Origin: Takakia lepidozioides
Lineage: Eukaryota > Plantae > Bryophyta
Assembly: GCA_030704615.1 (NCBI GenBank)
Contig: CM060733.1
Span: 41,974,001 to 42,038,000 of the forward strand
Direction of reading: 5' to 3'
DNA: 64,000 bases
Position 1 is the stretch's first letter; each line of letters opens with the position of its first letter. Position numbers and translations under genes: made by a program. The notes beneath the pieces are model-generated. The model had not been told where the DNA came from. It did no database searches and worked only from the letters and a program-made list of their open reading frames with translations. Below are positions 1-12,461 of this stretch, piece by piece.

Positions 1-1910
1 GTCCTGGCTGATTACAATAGTAACATAGTTCTTCACCATTGGGTCCTCGCCGTTGTTCTGCTCTTGGATTATTTCTGTAATCCTGATTCCCGGGCTGGTA
101 ATTCCCCCTTGGATTACCCTGATAGTTGCCTCTGGAATTTCCTTGGTAATTCCCTCTTGAATTACCTCTCCCTTCCATACCATTGTTATAACCACCAGAC
201 CTACCATAGTGGTCCTGATCATTGTTTCTTCTTGGCTGGGGCTGCACCTGATGCACCCTTACTTGCCTAGGTTCTCTTGCAACTGTCCTTCTGTTGTAGT
301 AACAATTCTCAGTAGAATGGTTATCCATTTTACAGATAGTACAATGTTTCTCCTTCATGTGGCATTCTGTGGTGGTATGGCCTTCATTCTGGCACTTTGC
401 ACACCATACACCCTTCCTCCAATGTGTTGCAGCCTCTGTGGCATACTTCTTCAAGATTTCTTCCAATCTTTTTTCTCTTCAACTTCTCTTTTCTCTTACT
501 CTTCCTTTTTAGTTCTTGCTCTTCTTTTTCATCTGACTCATCCTCAGAGTCCTCATCATCCCTTTTCTCTCTCCTGAGCATTCCCAATTGCTCAATTCTG
601 TTTGCAGTTTCAAATGCCTCCTCCACTGTATTATGGGGTAACATATCCACTTTCTTTTGCAACTCTGGTCTTAGTCCACTCACAAACCAAGTCTTCTGTA
701 ACCCTGGTGCTGGTACTGCAGCCAGCTTTTTCATCATCAATTCCATCTTTTCCATATACTCCTCAACAGTTTCATGCTTCTTTTGCTTTAACTATTGTAA
801 ACTCCTATACACTTCATCCTCAGTTTTACTTGTCCTGAACCTATTTCGGAATGTTGTATTCAAGCCATTCCAAGTTAGGAAATGATTATCAGGGAATCTT
901 GCATACCATTCACTTGCTTTCTTTATAAGTGAACAAGGAAACAATCTCATCTTGGCATCATCGCCATTCTCATTGTTCACTATACACATGTGCTCAAATT
1001 GGCTAATGTGTACATCGGGATCCCCTTTTCCTGAATATATTGGAAAAGGTGGTTTTGCCCGTGTTGGTTGTAACGCCATCTGTGGCCCTACTTTCTGCCC
1101 ACTGACAGGTGCTGGCACCCTTGCTGGTGCTGGTCCTTCTCGACCTGTTGTTGTTGTGGTGGATCTTCCACCAAGTGGTGGCCCTTGAGCACTCCCTGCT
1201 TCTGGCCCCACGATATTCACAGTATTCCCAGCTTCAGTTGCACTACTTCCCACACTCCCTGTCCCCCCAGAGCCAGATCCAGGCAGCCCGCCTGATCCCC
1301 CTGAGCCGACACCTTCGTTGGCCTGTGATCCAAGTGCTCCACTTGATCCAGGTCCAACGGGTTGGGATGTCCTGGTTGTAGTCTCAACCTCAGCTGTTGG
1401 GTCTACTTCTTCATATTCTTCCTCTTCCAATTTCTTCTCTCTGTTTTCATCCTCCAAGTTCTGCCCTTGGGTTTCTTCTTCACTCATGTAACTCAACTGT
1501 AATGGTGTTGGAGAGTCTGAACTCTCCGTTGGCTCTGCCACATCCTCTCCTCCTTCTTCACCTTCCGCTTCAGAAACTGGAGTTCCTGCTTTTGGTGTTC
1601 CATGCCAACTCTTATCAAAGATTTCTGTCAAATCTTTTATCCAGGGATGTACCTCAGATCTTTCACCTCGTGATTGATCTTCTTCCCGTACCAATTCCCT
1701 TAATCTTTCTTGCAAAGAAACAGAAGGAGTGGCATCCAACTCTAGTTCTTCCGGTATGGGTGATGTACTCTTTGATCTTAATGGTGTGAGAGGTCCAGAT
1801 GATTCCCCTATGTCTATTCCTCTCTCCCAAAGATATGGATAATTAGCTTTCAGATAGCTTTCTCTTTTTGATGAATATCTCTGGCGTCTAGCTTCTCTTT
1901 CATCACTCAT
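1..1910 (-). mobile_element. Ty3/gypsy LTR-retrotransposon gag, disrupted, running off the window start
   Basis: ORF 792..1910 ends in a Retrotrans_gag-like segment (FPIYSGKGDPDVHISQFE...KMRLFPCSLIKKASEWY...TWNGLNTTFRNRF). After one in-frame TAG (792-794) it continues as LKQKKHETVEEYMEKM...WFVSGLRPELQKKV...TVEEAFETANRIE (384..755), then frameshifts. Confidence 0.85.
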
Positions 1911-1932
1911 GTCCCATGTCTTTCATTTCTTT

Positions 1933-2628
1933 TTAATGTGGCAATAACCAAAACTCTCTTCTGTAATATCTCTCGTATATGCCTGGGTTTCTTTCAAGCT
2001 TCAATGCACCCTTGGCTATACTTGAAGTCTCCGTTACCATATAACCATATGGCAAACAAGTCTGAAAAGCTGTTCTCGGTGTGAGTTTGATCCACAAAAT
2101 ATCCTTTGGAATCCAATTCTTTACCAGTACAAGCTCTTCATGCATATGAGTATAAACATTCACCTTTCTTTCCTCCCAGCCTTCAAACTCTACTCGCTTA
2201 ATGGATAGCAATGCTATCACATAAACCAATGTTGGTAACCAACGTGCTCTTCCTCTACAGGCCACCTGATAAATCTTTATCACTCCTTTCTCCAGACCCC
2301 ACTCTGGGTCAGCATCATGCACTCTCCTAAGAATGTTTTCTTTACAACCGTCTGGCAATTCCAAAAACCTCTGGAAGAATCGTTTGGACAATCTTTCCTT
2401 CTCAGTTTCACAAGGAATTTGATTCACATCAAATTCTTTAATTCTCCATCCACCATGATCCCACCAGATGCCTGTCACATCTGGTTGTTCATGACCCAGA
2501 TCCCCAGTATGGTCGCCAAATGTCGCGCGGCTTTTACTCACCCATCCCTTCGCTATCCGAGGCGGAAACTCCAAGATAGAAGAGTTGGAAATCTCTAAGT
2601 ACTCAGCCCGCTCAGAACAATCAGTCAT
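1933..2628 (-). CDS. Intact 231-aa extra ORF upstream of gag, same strand, unknown function
   Basis: Uninterrupted ATG-to-TAA ORF ending 22 bp before the gag ATG. No recognisable motif. Confidence 0.55.
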   Translation of the reverse strand: MTDCSERAEYLEISNSSILEFPPRIAKGWVSKSRATFGDHTGDLGHEQPDVTGIWWDHGGWRIKEFDVNQIPCETEKERLSKRFFQRFLELPDGCKENILRRVHDADPEWGLEKGVIKIYQVACRGRARWLPTLVYVIALLSIKRVEFEGWEERKVNVYTHMHEELVLVKNWIPKDILWIKLTPRTAFQTCLPYGYMVTETSSIAKGALKLERNPGIYERYYRREFWLLPH

Positions 2629-3225
2629 GACCTACAGCTAGTGTATCATGGGGGTGTTTCCTATTTGTTTTCCTTCCCGCATTCATGTTAGCTAGTTACC
2701 TTACTGCTGGTAATTAAGTATCAGTTTGCTTCATCAATTTATTGGATTCCATCAATTCATCAATTCATTCCACAACTTCACTCAGATCTCTCTACACAGT
2801 GTGAGTATGAGGTGTGTATCAGATTAATATCTATCAAGTATCAGGCTGAAGCCATGGAGTCTCTAATCTGCTCTACATTACAATTCTACTGCCTGCATTC
2901 ATTAAGCATCAACAGATCCTCCTCCTACTCCGTGCTGTCCATCTTTCTGCTCAGAGATACACTCTCTCCTCCTTTCCCCCAGTGATGTCCGAAGTCTCTC
3001 CAAGAAGTGCTCCTTCCCACTCCTTCCAGCCGTGATCCCCCCCCCCCCCCCCCCGAAGTGCTCCAAGAATGATCCCCCTTTCAGTCCTTGCTTCTAGCTT
3101 TATCTTCCTACCCGTTGTTCTAACCGTTTCCCTCACTAACCGTCGTCCGTGAACTAACATGTTCCATTCGCAGGTGTTGTTCCCCACAGTCGTTCCCTGT
3201 CCGGCTATCCGTTCCCTATGGTCGT

Positions 3226-3481
3226 GACAGCTGTGTCAAGCTGTGACTGGCTGTGTGAAACTGTGATGGGCTGTGACGGGCTGTGTTGGCTGTGATGGGC
3301 TGTGTCCGCTGTAACGAGCTGTGTTGACTGTGTCTAGCTGTGTCGGTTGTGTCGGCTGTGTTGGCTGTGCCGGGCTGTGTTGGCTGTGTCGGCTGTGTTG
3401 GCTGTGACGGGCTGTGTTGACTGTGTCGGCTGTGTTGGCTGTGACGGGCTGTGTTGACTGTGTCTGGCTGTGACGGGCTGT
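3226..3481. repeat. Degenerate 9-10 bp tandem repeat (GGCTGTGTT / GGCTGTGACG) in the retrotransposon leader
   Basis: About 25 consecutive CTGTG-containing units are directly visible. Confidence 0.9.
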
Positions 3482-3649
3482 ATCACCCCCCCTTAAAGTG
3501 CGCTGCTGTCACCCCTAAGGCTCCTGTTGGTCTCAGTCTGTGCAAAAATTAAGGGTACCCCACAGATCCCGTATAAGTGTCTAAGTCCCAGACAGTCCTC
3601 TAACACACCTCTTATAATTTAATGAGCAAAAGGAATGAAGATTCATTGT

Positions 3650-3672
3650 GCCCTAGTGCTGCCAGCTGTAAG
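3650..3672 (-). other. Possible LTR end / primer-binding-site junction
   Basis: Minus strand reads ...CTTACA-GC-TGGCAGCACTAGGG (CA end, 2-nt spacer, TGG start). tRNA match not verified. Confidence 0.3.
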
Positions 3673-3880
3673 AACAAGTAATGGTCATTAGCTCTGGGAC
3701 GCTTGAGGTGGTGCTATATCTTGCAAAACTTCTTCAACAGGGTTCCGTCTAATGGACCTTGGTTGCTTGTGAACTCCACTTGGCTTTGATACATTAGGTG
3801 ACAGATGTGGCTTGAATCATTGCCTGTGTCAGGGAGCAAGAAGGTTGATTAATCAGGGGGGTGGACTTGCATGAGTGCAG

Positions 3881-4261
3881 GTCACATTAGGAGGCCCAGA
3901 TCAAGTAGATTGTGGGTTGCTCGCAGCACTACGAATAGTACACGCCTAGGACTCTGTGGATGTTCGCAACATGGAGTTGAAGGTGTTGCAGAGCTGGGGC
4001 ACTCGTACAGCGCCATTGGGGCTTGTGAATGAGCGCAAGGTGTTGCGCACTCTCGTCGGCCTGTGTGTAATTGCTCTCTCCCCTTTCCCAACAAGCATTG
4101 CAGAGGACCAAGATCTGTTGGACATGAAGGAACAATCTGAAAACCTACGCTTGGCAACCTTGTTGTGCATAAATGAGAAACAATTGTTAGTAAATATGAT
4201 TAAAAGCCTGAAAATCAAGTTGCAGACGTTGGATGCGCAAGGGCATGCCACTCACTTGTGA
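3881..4261 (+). pseudogene. Terminal-exon fragment of a Rubisco-LSMT-type SET-domain methyltransferase (substrate-binding domain)
   Basis: After acceptor TGCAG (3880) it reads VTLGGPDQVDCGLLAALRIVHA*...NERKVLRTLVGLCVIALSPFPTSIAEDQDLL...NLRLATLLCINEKQLL. This fits the NE..L..pT.ieED..LL..rlA...EK..L pattern of that domain; one internal stop. Confidence 0.65.
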
Positions 4262-4374
4262 ACAAGCAAGTCCAGAAAGGGACACGGATTTAGATACTTG
4301 CCACAGTTTGCAACAAGATGTCTCGTGACTGCAAGGGCTTCAATGGCATTAGCTTGGCTTGCTCTCCATACAGA

Positions 4375-5333
4375 TTGTACTCATAAGACGTTGTTTGCCG
4401 TAGCCTTGTGGCCATTGACCCCGCGCCCAGTTTAAGCGGAAACAAAAGGGACAGAACCTACCTCTGCCACGGGCTGACGTTGGTAGTAAGACTTACCTTC
4501 ATATATAGAATTAATCCGGGTTTTCCAGATATCCTCTAGAAATCCCTTCACACAGGCATCAATCTGCTGTGTGTGATTTGCCCAAAAACTAGGCCTCAGG
4601 AGGGCCTGGGCTTTTGGCTCAGCCTCGAGACTTTCAAAGTTGGTAAACAGAGGTACAGGCACAATTCCCTTGATAGATTTGAAGAGAGCGTCTCTTTGGT
4701 GAGAGAACCCCGGACAGTGTATCAGAAAAAGAATATTGTCTTCAGGTTGCCCACACAACGGGCAATTGCACTCTCCCTTTCCTCTCTGCTTCGTTTGCTG
4801 TTCAAAGGTAGGCTTCCTGCCCCGAGTTTAAATTTCAGTCTAGTGCCGAGAGTGGGTAGATCCAAGATGTCCTCCCCCATGTCGCTGACTGGAAACAAGT
4901 TCAGGGAAGTGTTCTGCCTAACTTCATTTTCATCAGACAACCTCATGGCAACAGACATGGCTTTGGACACTACAGCCTCTAAGTCAGATTTATCCAGCAG
5001 GGTCAAGACTTGCGGTTCCAGGTCCAGGTCCTTGAGAATCTCTGGTGTTGGACATATTTTGCAGCTGACCCCACCATCTGACCTTGAATTCATCTCGGCG
5101 GGTGCTTACGAACGGAATGTCAAACTCACCCCGAACAGCCACATTGGCTATTTTGGAGCATGCTGACATACACTCCTTAAGCACCCCCCCCCCCCTTGAA
5201 TGGATTCTAGAGACTTAGCCTGGTTGGAGTTATCAACCCATATTGCAGATCCGTACTCCAAGGCAGGTCTAATAACGCGACAAAGCATGGTTTTCTTAAC
5301 CTCAGAGTTGACCCCTCTGCAGTGGAAAAATTA
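4375..5333 (-). mobile_element. 5'-truncated RTE-X-like LINE with 10-bp TSD
   Basis: Near-identical to the 3' part of 35121..38190, including the CPLCG..E...HFLIHC Zn finger. TSD TCCATACAGA at 4365-4374 and 5334-5343. Confidence 0.9.
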
Positions 5334-6289
5334 TCCATACAGAGTGGGTCACTTTCCATGTACATTGCCATGTTTGGTCATTTCGAATTCAAAACAGCTT
5401 CAAAGTGGCTGACCCAGGTAGAAGTGAGAGAGCCCAGAATTTTCATCAACATGACCACATGTGTTCCTTGGTCTCAAGGAGTGCCATGAGTAGATTGACC
5501 ACTTATGGCAAAAAGTATCCTTCACTATGTAGTATTATTGCCGAAGTGAAGAAGCACAAAAAACAGGGGCTATAACTTGCAAGTCCCTTGAGATCGGGTG
5601 GAAGATTATGTGTTCTCTCCGTTGAAGTTAGATGGCTGTTTCCTGCTGATTGTGCTGAACGTTGGAATGCTCCACTAAACCTTGTCACTTGCCTGTAGTG
5701 TGTCGGTAGTTTGACATCCAGAGTTTGGCCTCCCTCTTTGATGAGGGGAAAAACAAGGCGCGAGATACAGGGAGGCCCTGCCATTGTTTTATTGATATGA
5801 AGTTTTATGGAATTATGTTATGGCTAATAATAATGTATTTTAATTTTGATGGGTTATGGGCAGTGTTGGTGTGGTATCTTGAATTGGAAATACCAAAAGG
5901 TCCTGGTATGCAGTGCTGAATTTTTTTAAGGCAGGTAGGTTTTCCAATAATGCAGCCCCTGATTTTTTCAATTTGAATCTGGTATGCATAGAGTGGTTAA
6001 AAAAAAAATCAATCCGGATATGAGCAATGGTATGTGAATGTCAATAACCTAGAAATATGAACTCGGATATGGTATTAAAAATAATAATAAAATAAAATGG
6101 TACTAATATTCAAATGGAAGACAATAGGAATAATGTAAGAATTTAATGGGCGCTTGTGATCTGACACTACTTTCGTCATTCCGGCAACCTGGGCTCCTCC
6201 GTCGGGGCCCCTGTCAAATCCTCCCCACCCCTTATTACCTCGGTTTCACTGAAGCTAGTTTAGTGTAGAGCAGGAATAGGGTGCCATAG

Positions 6290-8495
6290 TGCCATGTCAT
6301 CGTCGCGATGTGTTGTCGTCAAATGTTTTGATACTGCCCGAAATGCCCGAAAATAACCGCCAAAGGTTGCAGCGCTGGGAGAAGGATGTTGCCGTCCCAG
6401 CGTTTTATGACCCCAATCAATGGTGGGACAATCGAGGCAAAAATGTAATGCTTGTTGGATTACAGAGAGTAGCAGATGCAATTGAGCACATGAACTAGTG
6501 TGATAAGTTGAGTTGGGTGTTTCTAGAACATATCTAGGCTGTCATTGTCAGCTGCTAGCAGCAAGGCAAGGATGTATGCATGATTTGTGCAGAGGCATGG
6601 ATAGCTGAAGGAGCAGGGATAGAGTGTGGGCCCAGATTCATCCAGGAGGGCCAGATTTCAAGCACAAGATTACCTATGATTCCCTGTGGATCAATAGCTA
6701 CAAGAAACCTGCATGGGTAGCTTTGTGCGGCAGGCAGACTGACAGAGGTTCTACAGACTTTAAACCAAGGAGGCATATCAGCAGATTCAGATATGTATGT
6801 CTGTCTCTTGCTTAAGTGCATCAAGATGGAAGGTCTGGAAGCTGGAAAACAAGTGCACACTCACATTATCCAAAGTGGATTCACGCCAAATGTTTTTCTA
6901 CTCAAGACCCTTGTCAATATGTATGTTAAGTGCGGGAGCATCATGGATACTCACCAAGTGTTCAACAGAATGCCTAAACGATCTTTGATAACGTGGAATG
7001 TAATGTTGGCATGACTTACCAAGCATGGGTGTGGTAGGAATCCTTTGAAGACCTATAGCAAATGATGCGCAAAGGGGTGAAGCCCAACCACATCACATTC
7101 GTTTGTGTTTGCAATGCGTTGCAAGCCTGGGAGCTCTGGAAAAGGGGAAAGAGGTCCATGGTGACATCGTCAAAGCTGGAATTGTACCAGATGCCATTCT
7201 GAACACTGCCCTGGTGGACATGTATGCCAAATGTGGGTGCATTAAGGATGCGAAGGGAGTTTTCCCCACTCTAGTTGAACGACATGTGGTGTTGTGGAAC
7301 GCGATGCTTGTAGGGTATGCACAGCAAGGGTGTGGGATGGAGGCTTTGGAGACCTATGATCAAATGATGGAGGAAGGGGCAAAGCCCAACCACATCACGT
7401 TTGTGTGCATTTCGCGATACTTGCAGGGTATGCACAACAAGGGCACAGGATGGAGGTTTTGGAGACCTGTGATCAAATGATGGAGGAAAGGGTGAAGCCC
7501 GACCACATCACGTTTGTGTGCATTTGCAGTGCGTGTGTAAGCCTGGCAGCTCTGGAAAAGGGCAAAGAGGTCCATGGCGACATTGTCAGAGCTTCAATTG
7601 TACCAACTGTCATTCTAAACAATACCCTCTTGGACATATATGAAGGGAGTGTTCGACAGTATGGCTGAACAAGATTGCAGGATATGCACAGCAAGGGCGC
7701 AGGATGGAGTTGGAGACCTATGAGCAAATGATAGGGGAAGGGGTGAAGCTTGACCACATCGCATTTGTTTGTGTTTGCAGTGCGTGTGCAAGCCTAGCAG
7801 CCCTGGAAAAGGGCAAAGAGGTGCATGGTGACATTGTCAAAGCTAGAACTGTACCAGATGTGATCTTGAACACTGCCTTGGTGGACATGTTTACCAAATG
7901 CGGTGCATTAAGGATGCGAAGGGAGTTTTCAACGTTATGGCTGAACGAGATGTGGTGTCGTGGAACGCGATGCTTGCAGGGTATGCACAGCAGGGGCACG
8001 GGATGGAGGCTTTGGATACCTATGAGCGAATGATGGGGGAGGGGGTGAAGCCCGACCATATCGCGTTTGTGTGGGTTTGCAGTGCATGGGCAAGGTGATC
8101 TATGCAGAGTCTCTTGCTAACCAAGACTTTGAGGTCACAGCCAACACAGTCTGGGGTTCGTTTTTGATAGGGAAGACTTATCTGATACCTCTAACGTTAC
8201 TGGAGGTTCCTGCTAGAGAGTGAGTTCATGTTCTGTCCATCTGCAAGCATAGCACCTACTCTATATAATCTTCTCTTCCCAATCCTCCAATCTTTCATAC
8301 TGATACTGACAAGCTTGGAGGCCATGGGTGGGGATACCAAAGTCTTCTATAACCAGCGATGTCCTCAATGAAGCCGTGCCCTGGCAACTACGTGGCAGCT
8401 CTCCAACCCCTGCAGAGAACTTCATCAAACATATGAAATTCGAACCAGGTGCTTTGGTGTGAGGAGCCTTGCTTGGTGCGTGCAGGACGTTCCAC
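6290..8495 (+). pseudogene. PLS-class PPR pseudogene with E-domain remnant
   Basis: Repeated motifs such as VKPDHITFVCVCSACASLAALEKGKEVHGDIVKAGIVPDVILNTALVDMYAKCG and RDVVSWNAMLAGYAQQGHGMEAL, broken by frameshifts and stops. AENFIKHMKFEPGALV*GALLGACR occurs at ~8410-8490. The 5' boundary is uncertain. Confidence 0.9.
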
Positions 8496-9269
8496 AAGGC
8501 GCTGTAGAAGTTTGTACTGTAGGGCAGGCGCTTCTATGTGTTCCCCACCTTTAGGGCATGATGGTCATTAGACATGAAACTGTCGTATATCACGTTTGTC
8601 ATGCCTTGGTGGGTTATTTCCTGGATTTGTTGGTCCGTTACAGTGTCTATTGTGTTGGCTATTTCCGACGTTGACATGGTTGTTTGTATGTATGGTGCAG
8701 AGAGAGAGAGACAGATGAAAGTATATAGCGGTGGATTTTTGAGGAGAATTAAACCCTAAGAGTGCGACTTTAAAATTAATCACGTTAATCTATAGAACTA
8801 TGGCTTTCTCTCTCAGACCGAGGTTGATGCTACACCGCTTTTAGGTGCAAAGTGCGATGTAAGAGTATGTTATATTCCTCTGCTTCACCTGCACTTCCAA
8901 CAAGGTGTCACTTGTTAAACCTTATGGCTATCTTTTCTTGCTTGTGTACTGTGTGTAAGTCGGTAATTCTTTGGTTACCTAAAAACTCACATCTAGCTTG
9001 TTTTGCAACTGCCATTGGCAAATGACCATCCTAATTGCAAAATCCAGTTTAACATTATGTAGATATAGTCTGCTCTGCCCACCACAGTCGAGTTTTCTTA
9101 ATAGTAGACACCAGAGTCATAGAGCGATCATTTGAGAGACAACGGAACGAGCTGCTAAAAGAGGCTGAGCAAGTGACGGAGACAGCGGATCTGCAGATAA
9201 GAGGATGTCATTTCTCAGCTTGGTTCTTGACTTCTAGTGCAGCCATCTCCAGATTAGTCGTTAGTGTGG

Positions 9270-9433
9270 CACATTGTAAGAAGGGGTCAAAGTATTATCC
9301 ATGCAAGCATCTGTATTACATTTACCTAAAGAGGTTGAGGATGAACTTGACTATTGATGACTTTATTCATGCACCAGCGTTGAGCGTGAACAAGCTGCAC
9401 AAACTCCTCCGTCGAGATTCCAGAAATCATTGA
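9270..9433 (+). mobile_element. Relic C-terminus (SWIM tail) of a MULE-like transposase related to those at 47-55 kb
   Basis: KGSKYYPCKHLYYIYLKRLRMNLTIDDFIHAPALSVNKLHKLL aligns with RGKFIPCKHLYFIFLKRM...DNFIH (~47210-47310) and KHLY-NVYLKRLRL-NSTTHHFIHAPGLSPQEVHTLL (~51035-51145). Confidence 0.75.
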
Positions 9434-9704
9434 TGGGGCAAATGGATCCACCATATGGATATTTGCAATTGCATTTTTATGCATTAGACTTTGTTTTGCA
9501 GTGTAATGAAATGCACCCCAAAACTCCTGGAATGAGACAGACAATATTAAAGTAATCTCTTTTAAACACTATGGATGCTGGATATCCATTGACGTCCAGT
9601 GGCAATTTAATGTCGAAACAGAATCAATACTAAGATGGCGGCGGGAAAAATTTGCGAATCTTCCAGAAAACTGAGTTCCAACAGTAGCAGTTGTGGGGGC
9701 CATT

Positions 9705-10030
9705 TTTGGAGAAATGGTGCCAAATTTCCCTATTTTGGGCCGAAAATTGGCTAAGTCCCAACATGTATGGGAACGATGTCTGGAAAAATGGCGCCGAATT
9801 TCTAGTTACATGGCCCAGAACTGCCCAACATCTGTGCAATCCCCGGCACCATGTACCGAAATTCGGCGTCACATTTCCAAATTTTGGGCTTACACACCTG
9901 CCATGTTGGGACCTATAGCCGCGAAATTCGGCACCATTTTTCGCCGGAGACACCTATTACCGCGAAATACGTTGCAGATTTCTCCGGTTGCGGAACCTAT
10001 TATCGCGAAATTCGGCACCATTGTTGCAGG
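9705..10030. repeat. About 6 imperfect palindromes, consensus ~GAAATTCGGCRCCATTTTTC
   Basis: Copies near 9710, 9782, 9857, 9920, 9961 and 10003, in both orientations. Confidence 0.7.
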
Positions 10031-10109
10031 TGTCGCTCGGAATTCGCATGAGCGGAAGACGAAATATCATGAGCACGGCTCTCAAAACTACAATTTCTAC
10101 TTCAAACAA

Positions 10110-10112
<3 letters not shown>

Positions 10113-10166
<54 letters not shown>
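10113..10166. repeat. (AT)n microsatellite
   Basis: About 27 uninterrupted AT units. Confidence 0.98.
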
Positions 10167-10168
<2 letters not shown>

Positions 10169-12142
10169 CACATTCCATTCAAATAATGTTTTTTAATGTT
10201 TTTTTATTTCCAGAATTTGTACTTCTGCTCATGAAAACCGATTGTCTTACTACTCCGCTCATGTCGCTCATGTTGATGAAATAGCTAACCTTGTCCGATG
10301 GAAAACAAACGTAAGTAAGAGCGATAGACCTGCAAGCCCTGCCATCTTCAACTCTCCATATCTCCTCCGTTTAGCCGGCGATCAGTCTAAGTCAGCCTCT
10401 GATGTCTTTCGTTTGGCTTCAGGTCATGATGACAGCGGCAATGGCAAAGCCGATAGGCACGTTTTCTAAGCATTGCTCCAGCGCCGAACTTGACAATGTC
10501 CTTCTAACTAAATATTACCTGCACACAGATAATCATTTCTCTGTTTCCAACCTTGTCATAGACATAATCTAGAGAACAAAATTTTTCTTTCTCTTACTTT
10601 CAAAACAAAAATGGCCACAAGTGCTAAAACAAAATTCACATTGGCACTCACATATGCAAGCTATCATCTCTTTCGACTGATATGAAAACTAAACTCGCAC
10701 TGTCTGATGACATAAAAACACGAAATACAACACAATCACTCGTTAAAATAAGAGTCGAGCCAGGGGCACCCCAAGCTATGGGGACTCTACCCCACAACAT
10801 CGTACTCTTCCTCCATAAGTACACTCAGATGCTAAGCAACGAGGGAGCTCGCTCGTGCAGGCGCAACTCGATAGAGATGAGCCGCACGACTGACGAGCTC
10901 GTGAAGATAAGATGGTTCAAGTGTCAAGTTTAGCTTGACAACTGATTTAACACTTGAACTGATTCCAAATGTTAAATACAAATAACTAGATTTATTCTAG
11001 TTAGTTTCACACTGTATTTATTTAACTTGACATGTATTACATGAGATATGGTTGCAGATGTTTTGATGAAGAGTCACATCAAGTGTTTAGCTCTATTTGG
11101 TGTATCTTCTAAAGACAAATGAAGTAGTACAATGATATGGTTTAATTAAGTTGGAGTGTTGGAAGTAATTAAACATATCTAGAAGCCCAAAGGTCTAAAA
11201 GACCAAGAGACTACCATGTTTAATTCACCATTAAAAGGTGAAAAGTTAGAAGGTGAATGGTCACCATAATAAAAAGTGGAAGTGACCAAGTAGATCATAG
11301 AGATAATCTAAACATTCTAGAGACCTTATTGTATAAGCCTGGGAGTGAAGCCATTAAGCAAATTGTAAGAGTATGATAGTGGTTTCTATGGTTGGGTGAA
11401 GAGCTTTACTTTAACTTATCTTTGTTGTTATCAGTTCTAGCATGTATTCTCGGCAAATAAACCAAAAACAACGTTTTTTTTAGGCGAATTTTCGCCAAAT
11501 GGCCACCTCAAAAAATAAAAAATAAAATTCTATCGCACATTCCTTGTTTTTTCATGGATTCTCCAAATAAAAATGAATTATGGATGAATTTGCCAAACAT
11601 GGATGATATAAATGGATGGAAGTATGGAGGTGGAAGATTCTATCTTAATTTGAATGGATGAACAGAATGTATGTTTTTTTTTTGGAAAACTCTGTAACCA
11701 CTCGTGCTGTTTCCAAATTTAAAAAAAGACATCACTGGCCAGAAAGCGCACGGGATCGTACGGTCAGGCAAGGCCGATAATTGATTTATCTGGCGTAACA
11801 CTGGAGCATGGAACATTGTTGGCAAGCTTTCTTTAGAGATCCTTCATGGGATAGTAGCCATGACAAGGTCAGCTTTCTTCATGGGGATGGGAGGGAGTCC
11901 GAGGGTGTTTGACTGAACTCTGATATGATCATATTTTGTGGACTGGATTGTAGTCCTGCGCACATGATCAAACCGCGGTGATAGGGATATCAGCCCAGCG
12001 CGGTCGCTCAACTTGCAAGAAGGTCTGCCTGGTAAAACTAGGTGAGTAAAAATAACTTTTTAGATGAAAACAAAAGTGATTTTCCATGTTTGCCGTGCAC
12101 ACATCAGATGATGAAACTCTTTCCTTCAAACCTGGTTCAAAG

Positions 12143-12461
12143 CAGCGTTGGGAGGTTCTTTAATTCAGCCCCGTGGTTATCAAAAATGGTATATGGATAT
12201 ATAACGGTGGTTCTACAAAACAAACAACCGGCAAAGGCTCATATTTGTCGGTTATGTAGTTTTGAGATAACCACAACAGGAAACCATGGAGATTTGATAA
12301 AAACTGCCGGTTCTTTGAGGTTCTTACAATTAACCGGAATCGGTGGTTCTTTCCATAAAAATTATATGAAAACAAATCGGAACTGGAGGTTTTTTTATTC
12401 TAAAATTTTGTAAAAACCGGAACCAAGGTTATGAAAGAAATCAAATAACTGCCCAACACTG
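12143..12461. mobile_element. hAT-type MITE (~320 bp)
   Basis: TIRs CAGCGTTGGG...CCCAACACTG. 8-bp TSD GTTCAAAG (12135-12142) / GTTTAAAG (12462-12469). Internal AACCGG/GGTT repeats. Confidence 0.75.

Noticed and set aside
792-794. Programmed stop-codon readthrough in gag
   Set aside because: The TAG falls mid-capsid domain (LQ*LKQ), consistent with a CAG>TAG mutation, and a further frameshift follows.
9957-10284. ORFs with YIYIYI runs
   Set aside because: Translation of the (AT)n microsatellite.
11050-11435. Solo LTR
   Set aside because: The composition is LTR-like and it ends in TATCA, but no convincing start or TSD could be identified.
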